Below, piece after piece: positions 62,322-64,000 of a stretch of DNA of 64,000 nucleotides. The position numbers and the translations under genes were made by a program. The stretch is from an uncultured bacterium (GTDB taxonomy: Bacteria; Krumholzibacteriota; Krumholzibacteriia; JACNKJ01), in NCBI GenBank assembly GCA_963695095.1, contig CAVOFT010000001.1, positions 256,001 to 320,000 on the forward strand, read 5' to 3'. Position 1 is the first letter of the stretch. Each line of letters starts with the position of its first letter. The notes under the pieces were generated by a model that saw nothing but the letters and a program-made list of their open reading frames with translations, made no database searches and was not told the DNA's origin.

Positions 62322-62639
62322 TGCAGACCTCCTGGTCTGCCGCCACTATATCCAAGTTTCTGAGGGGGGGGGGGGCAATGGAATTCTGCAGAATTTACAA
62401 TCGCAACCATTGTCAGCGGCAGATTACGGTTTCGGCGAATGATTTGAATGGAGGCCTAGTGCTGTGCGGCTAGTCCTGCATTGGCGCCCTCCTCCGGGGA
62501 TTCACGCACTCGCGACGGGAAATTGCTGAGCCCCTGCATCTGGGGAAGCCCCCGTATGGCTGCCGGGGCAATATCGGGATGGAAGCGGATTGGGGTTGGC
62601 TTGGGGCCATCGCGCGCGGCGCCAAATCCCCAGGTGCGG

Positions 62640-62765
62640 CCGGGCTGCCGGGCCAGATGCTTCTTCGAAGTCCACTGCCGCGAGCCGCGGCGGCGGGGTG
62701 GGCGCGACAGTGCGGCGAACCTGATCACCCTCTGCGCGGCCTGCCGCCGGCTGCTGCACGAAAGC
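62640..62765 (+). pseudogene. Degenerate HNH endonuclease fragment
   Basis: PGCRARCFFEVHCREPRRRGGRDSAANLITLCAACRRLLHE follows the HNH template but lacks key His residues, and no credible N-terminus or RBS is present. Confidence 0.55.
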
Positions 62766-62780
62766 GGCCTGGGGCTTGCC

Positions 62781-62822
62781 GCCGCGCTGCCGGTAGCGGC
62801 ATTGCCGGTAGCGGCCTTGCCG
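62781..62822 (+). repeat. Imperfect 15-bp tandem repeat, ~2.8 copies
   Basis: GCCGCGCTGCCGGTA GCGGCATTGCCGGTA GCGGCCTTGCCG. Confidence 0.7.
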
Positions 62823-62969
62823 AGCACCGGCTGATCGACGCGGGGGCCTGGTGCCGGCGGCGGCCCTCCGCAGCGGCAATTGCCCGCCCGCAAATCGGTG
62901 GCGGCGCCCCCGCGCGCCTGACTAGAATCAGGCAGGCGCGGCGGCCCTCCCGCCGCGCGGGAGTGCGCG

Positions 62970-63515
62970 ATGACCCTCAGCCAACGCCGCATGTACGCCG
63001 CCCTGCTCGCCAGCGACGCCGCCTACGACGGCCGCTTCTGGGTGGGCGTGCGCACGACGGGCATCTACTGCCGGCCCTCCTGCCATGCGCGGAAGCCCCG
63101 CTTCGAGAACCTGCGCTTCTCAGGCAGCCGCGAGGAGCTGGCCGCCGCGGGCTTCCGGCCCTGCAAGAAGTGCCATCCCGAGGCCTGGCCCGAGACGGCG
63201 CCCGCCTGGCTGCCGCCCCTGCTCGAGCACATGCGCGCGCGGGCGCCCGAGCCCGTGCACGAAGGCCGCCTCGCCGCGCTGGCCGGCCGGGACATCTCGA
63301 GCGTGCGGCGGGCCTTCCGCCGCCACGTCGGGGCGAGCCCGATGGCCTACCAGCGGCGCTTGCGCCTTCTCGTCGCGCGCGAGCGCCTGGCCGCCGGCGA
63401 GGACGCGCTCGCCGTGGGCCTGGCCTGCGGCTTCGATTCCGACAGCGGCTTTCGCGCCGCCTTCCGGCGCGAGTTCGGCCTCACGCCCGGCGCCGTGCGC
63501 CGAGGAGGTGCCTGA
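62970..63515 (+). CDS. adaA: AdaA-type methylphosphotriester methyltransferase / AraC activator
   Basis: YDGRFWVGVRTTGIYCRPSC...GFRPCKKC Zn site plus an AraC HTH. Confidence 0.9.
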   Translation: MTLSQRRMYAALLASDAAYDGRFWVGVRTTGIYCRPSCHARKPRFENLRFSGSREELAAAGFRPCKKCHPEAWPETAPAWLPPLLEHMRARAPEPVHEGRLAALAGRDISSVRRAFRRHVGASPMAYQRRLRLLVARERLAAGEDALAVGLACGFDSDSGFRAAFRREFGLTPGAVRRGGA

Positions 63516-64000
63516 TGGAGCTCTATCCCATCGTCGTGAAGACCCTGGACTCGCCCCTGGGTCCGCTGCTGCTCGGCGCCACCGAGCGGGGCGTGTGCCT
63601 CTGCGAGTTCGCCGACCGTGGCGGCCGCGCACGCATCGAGAAGCGCTTACTCGAGCGGCACAAGCGCAGCGTGGTGGACGGTGACTCGCCGCACATCGCC
63701 GCGCTCGCGCGCCAGCTTGCCGAGTACTTCGCCGGCCGGCGGCGCAGCTTCGACCTGCCGCTGGACCTGGCCGGCAGCCCCTGGCAGCGCCGCGTCTGGG
63801 ACGGGCTGCTCAGCATCCCCTTCGGCGAGACGCGCGGCTACGGCGAGCTGGCTGGGCTGCTGGGCAAGCCGGGCGGCGCCCGCGCGGTGGGCCGGGCGAA
63901 TGGCGAGAACTACGTGGCGATCGTCGTGCCCTGCCACCGCGTCGTCGAGGCGGGCGGCGGCCTGCGCGGCTACGGCGGTGGCCTCGAGCGCAAGCGCTGG
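63515..64000 (+). CDS. ogt: Methylated-DNA-protein-cysteine methyltransferase, 3'-truncated
   Basis: SPLGPL, IPFGETRGY, ARAVGRANGEN, VPCHRVV active site, GYGGGLERK. Confidence 0.92.
   Translation, partial: MELYPIVVKTLDSPLGPLLLGATERGVCLCEFADRGGRARIEKRLLERHKRSVVDGDSPHIAALARQLAEYFAGRRRSFDLPLDLAGSPWQRRVWDGLLSIPFGETRGYGELAGLLGKPGGARAVGRANGENYVAIVVPCHRVVEAGGGLRGYGGGLERKRW

Noticed and set aside
1..64000. CRISPR array, tRNA, rRNA, IS or integrase, defence system
   Set aside because: I saw no spaced direct repeats, RNA gene signatures or recombinase/transposase motifs by eye; a covariance-model scan was not possible.

Overview
High-GC bacterial window with no rRNA, tRNA, CRISPR array or intact transposase. 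Several proteins carry T9SS/FlgD-type C-terminal domains, there is a PorV-like barrel, and two proteins end in a W-x-x-[IV]-K-x-L-Y tail. This points to a deep-branching FCB-group lineage such as Krumholzibacteriota, Latescibacterota or Eisenbacteria (inference). Many genes carry 1-2 nt indels that look like long-read consensus errors. Contents in order: a Rieske fragment, a creatininase, a czcI-like leader plus czcCBA, elbB and an O-methyltransferase, a PstS-like/TPR/exbB/exbD/exbD/tonB motor operon, and then a ~26 kb LacI-controlled glucan-utilisation locus (17.0-43.4 kb). That locus holds two GH144-type glucanases, an ABC importer with no ATPase gene, an uncharacterised CBM/six-hairpin enzyme, an SGNH esterase, GH1, GH94, a tandem CBM9-like protein, and a TonB-dependent receptor + large CTD-bearing partner + PorV-like barrel where a SusCD pair would normally be. 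Then zur-znuACB, an HDOD protein, a beta-carbonic anhydrase, an S9 peptidase, a GAF-like/PPDK-N/nucleotidyltransferase fusion, a lower-GC block of secreted proteins (beta-helix protein, S8 protease), an HNH remnant and adaA-ogt. The best candidates for new biology are the SusD-less receptor/partner/PorV module of a probable beta-1,2-glucan locus, tied to the Ton motor by three matching LacI-type operators, and the short C-terminal W-x-x-[IV]-K-x-L-Y tail.
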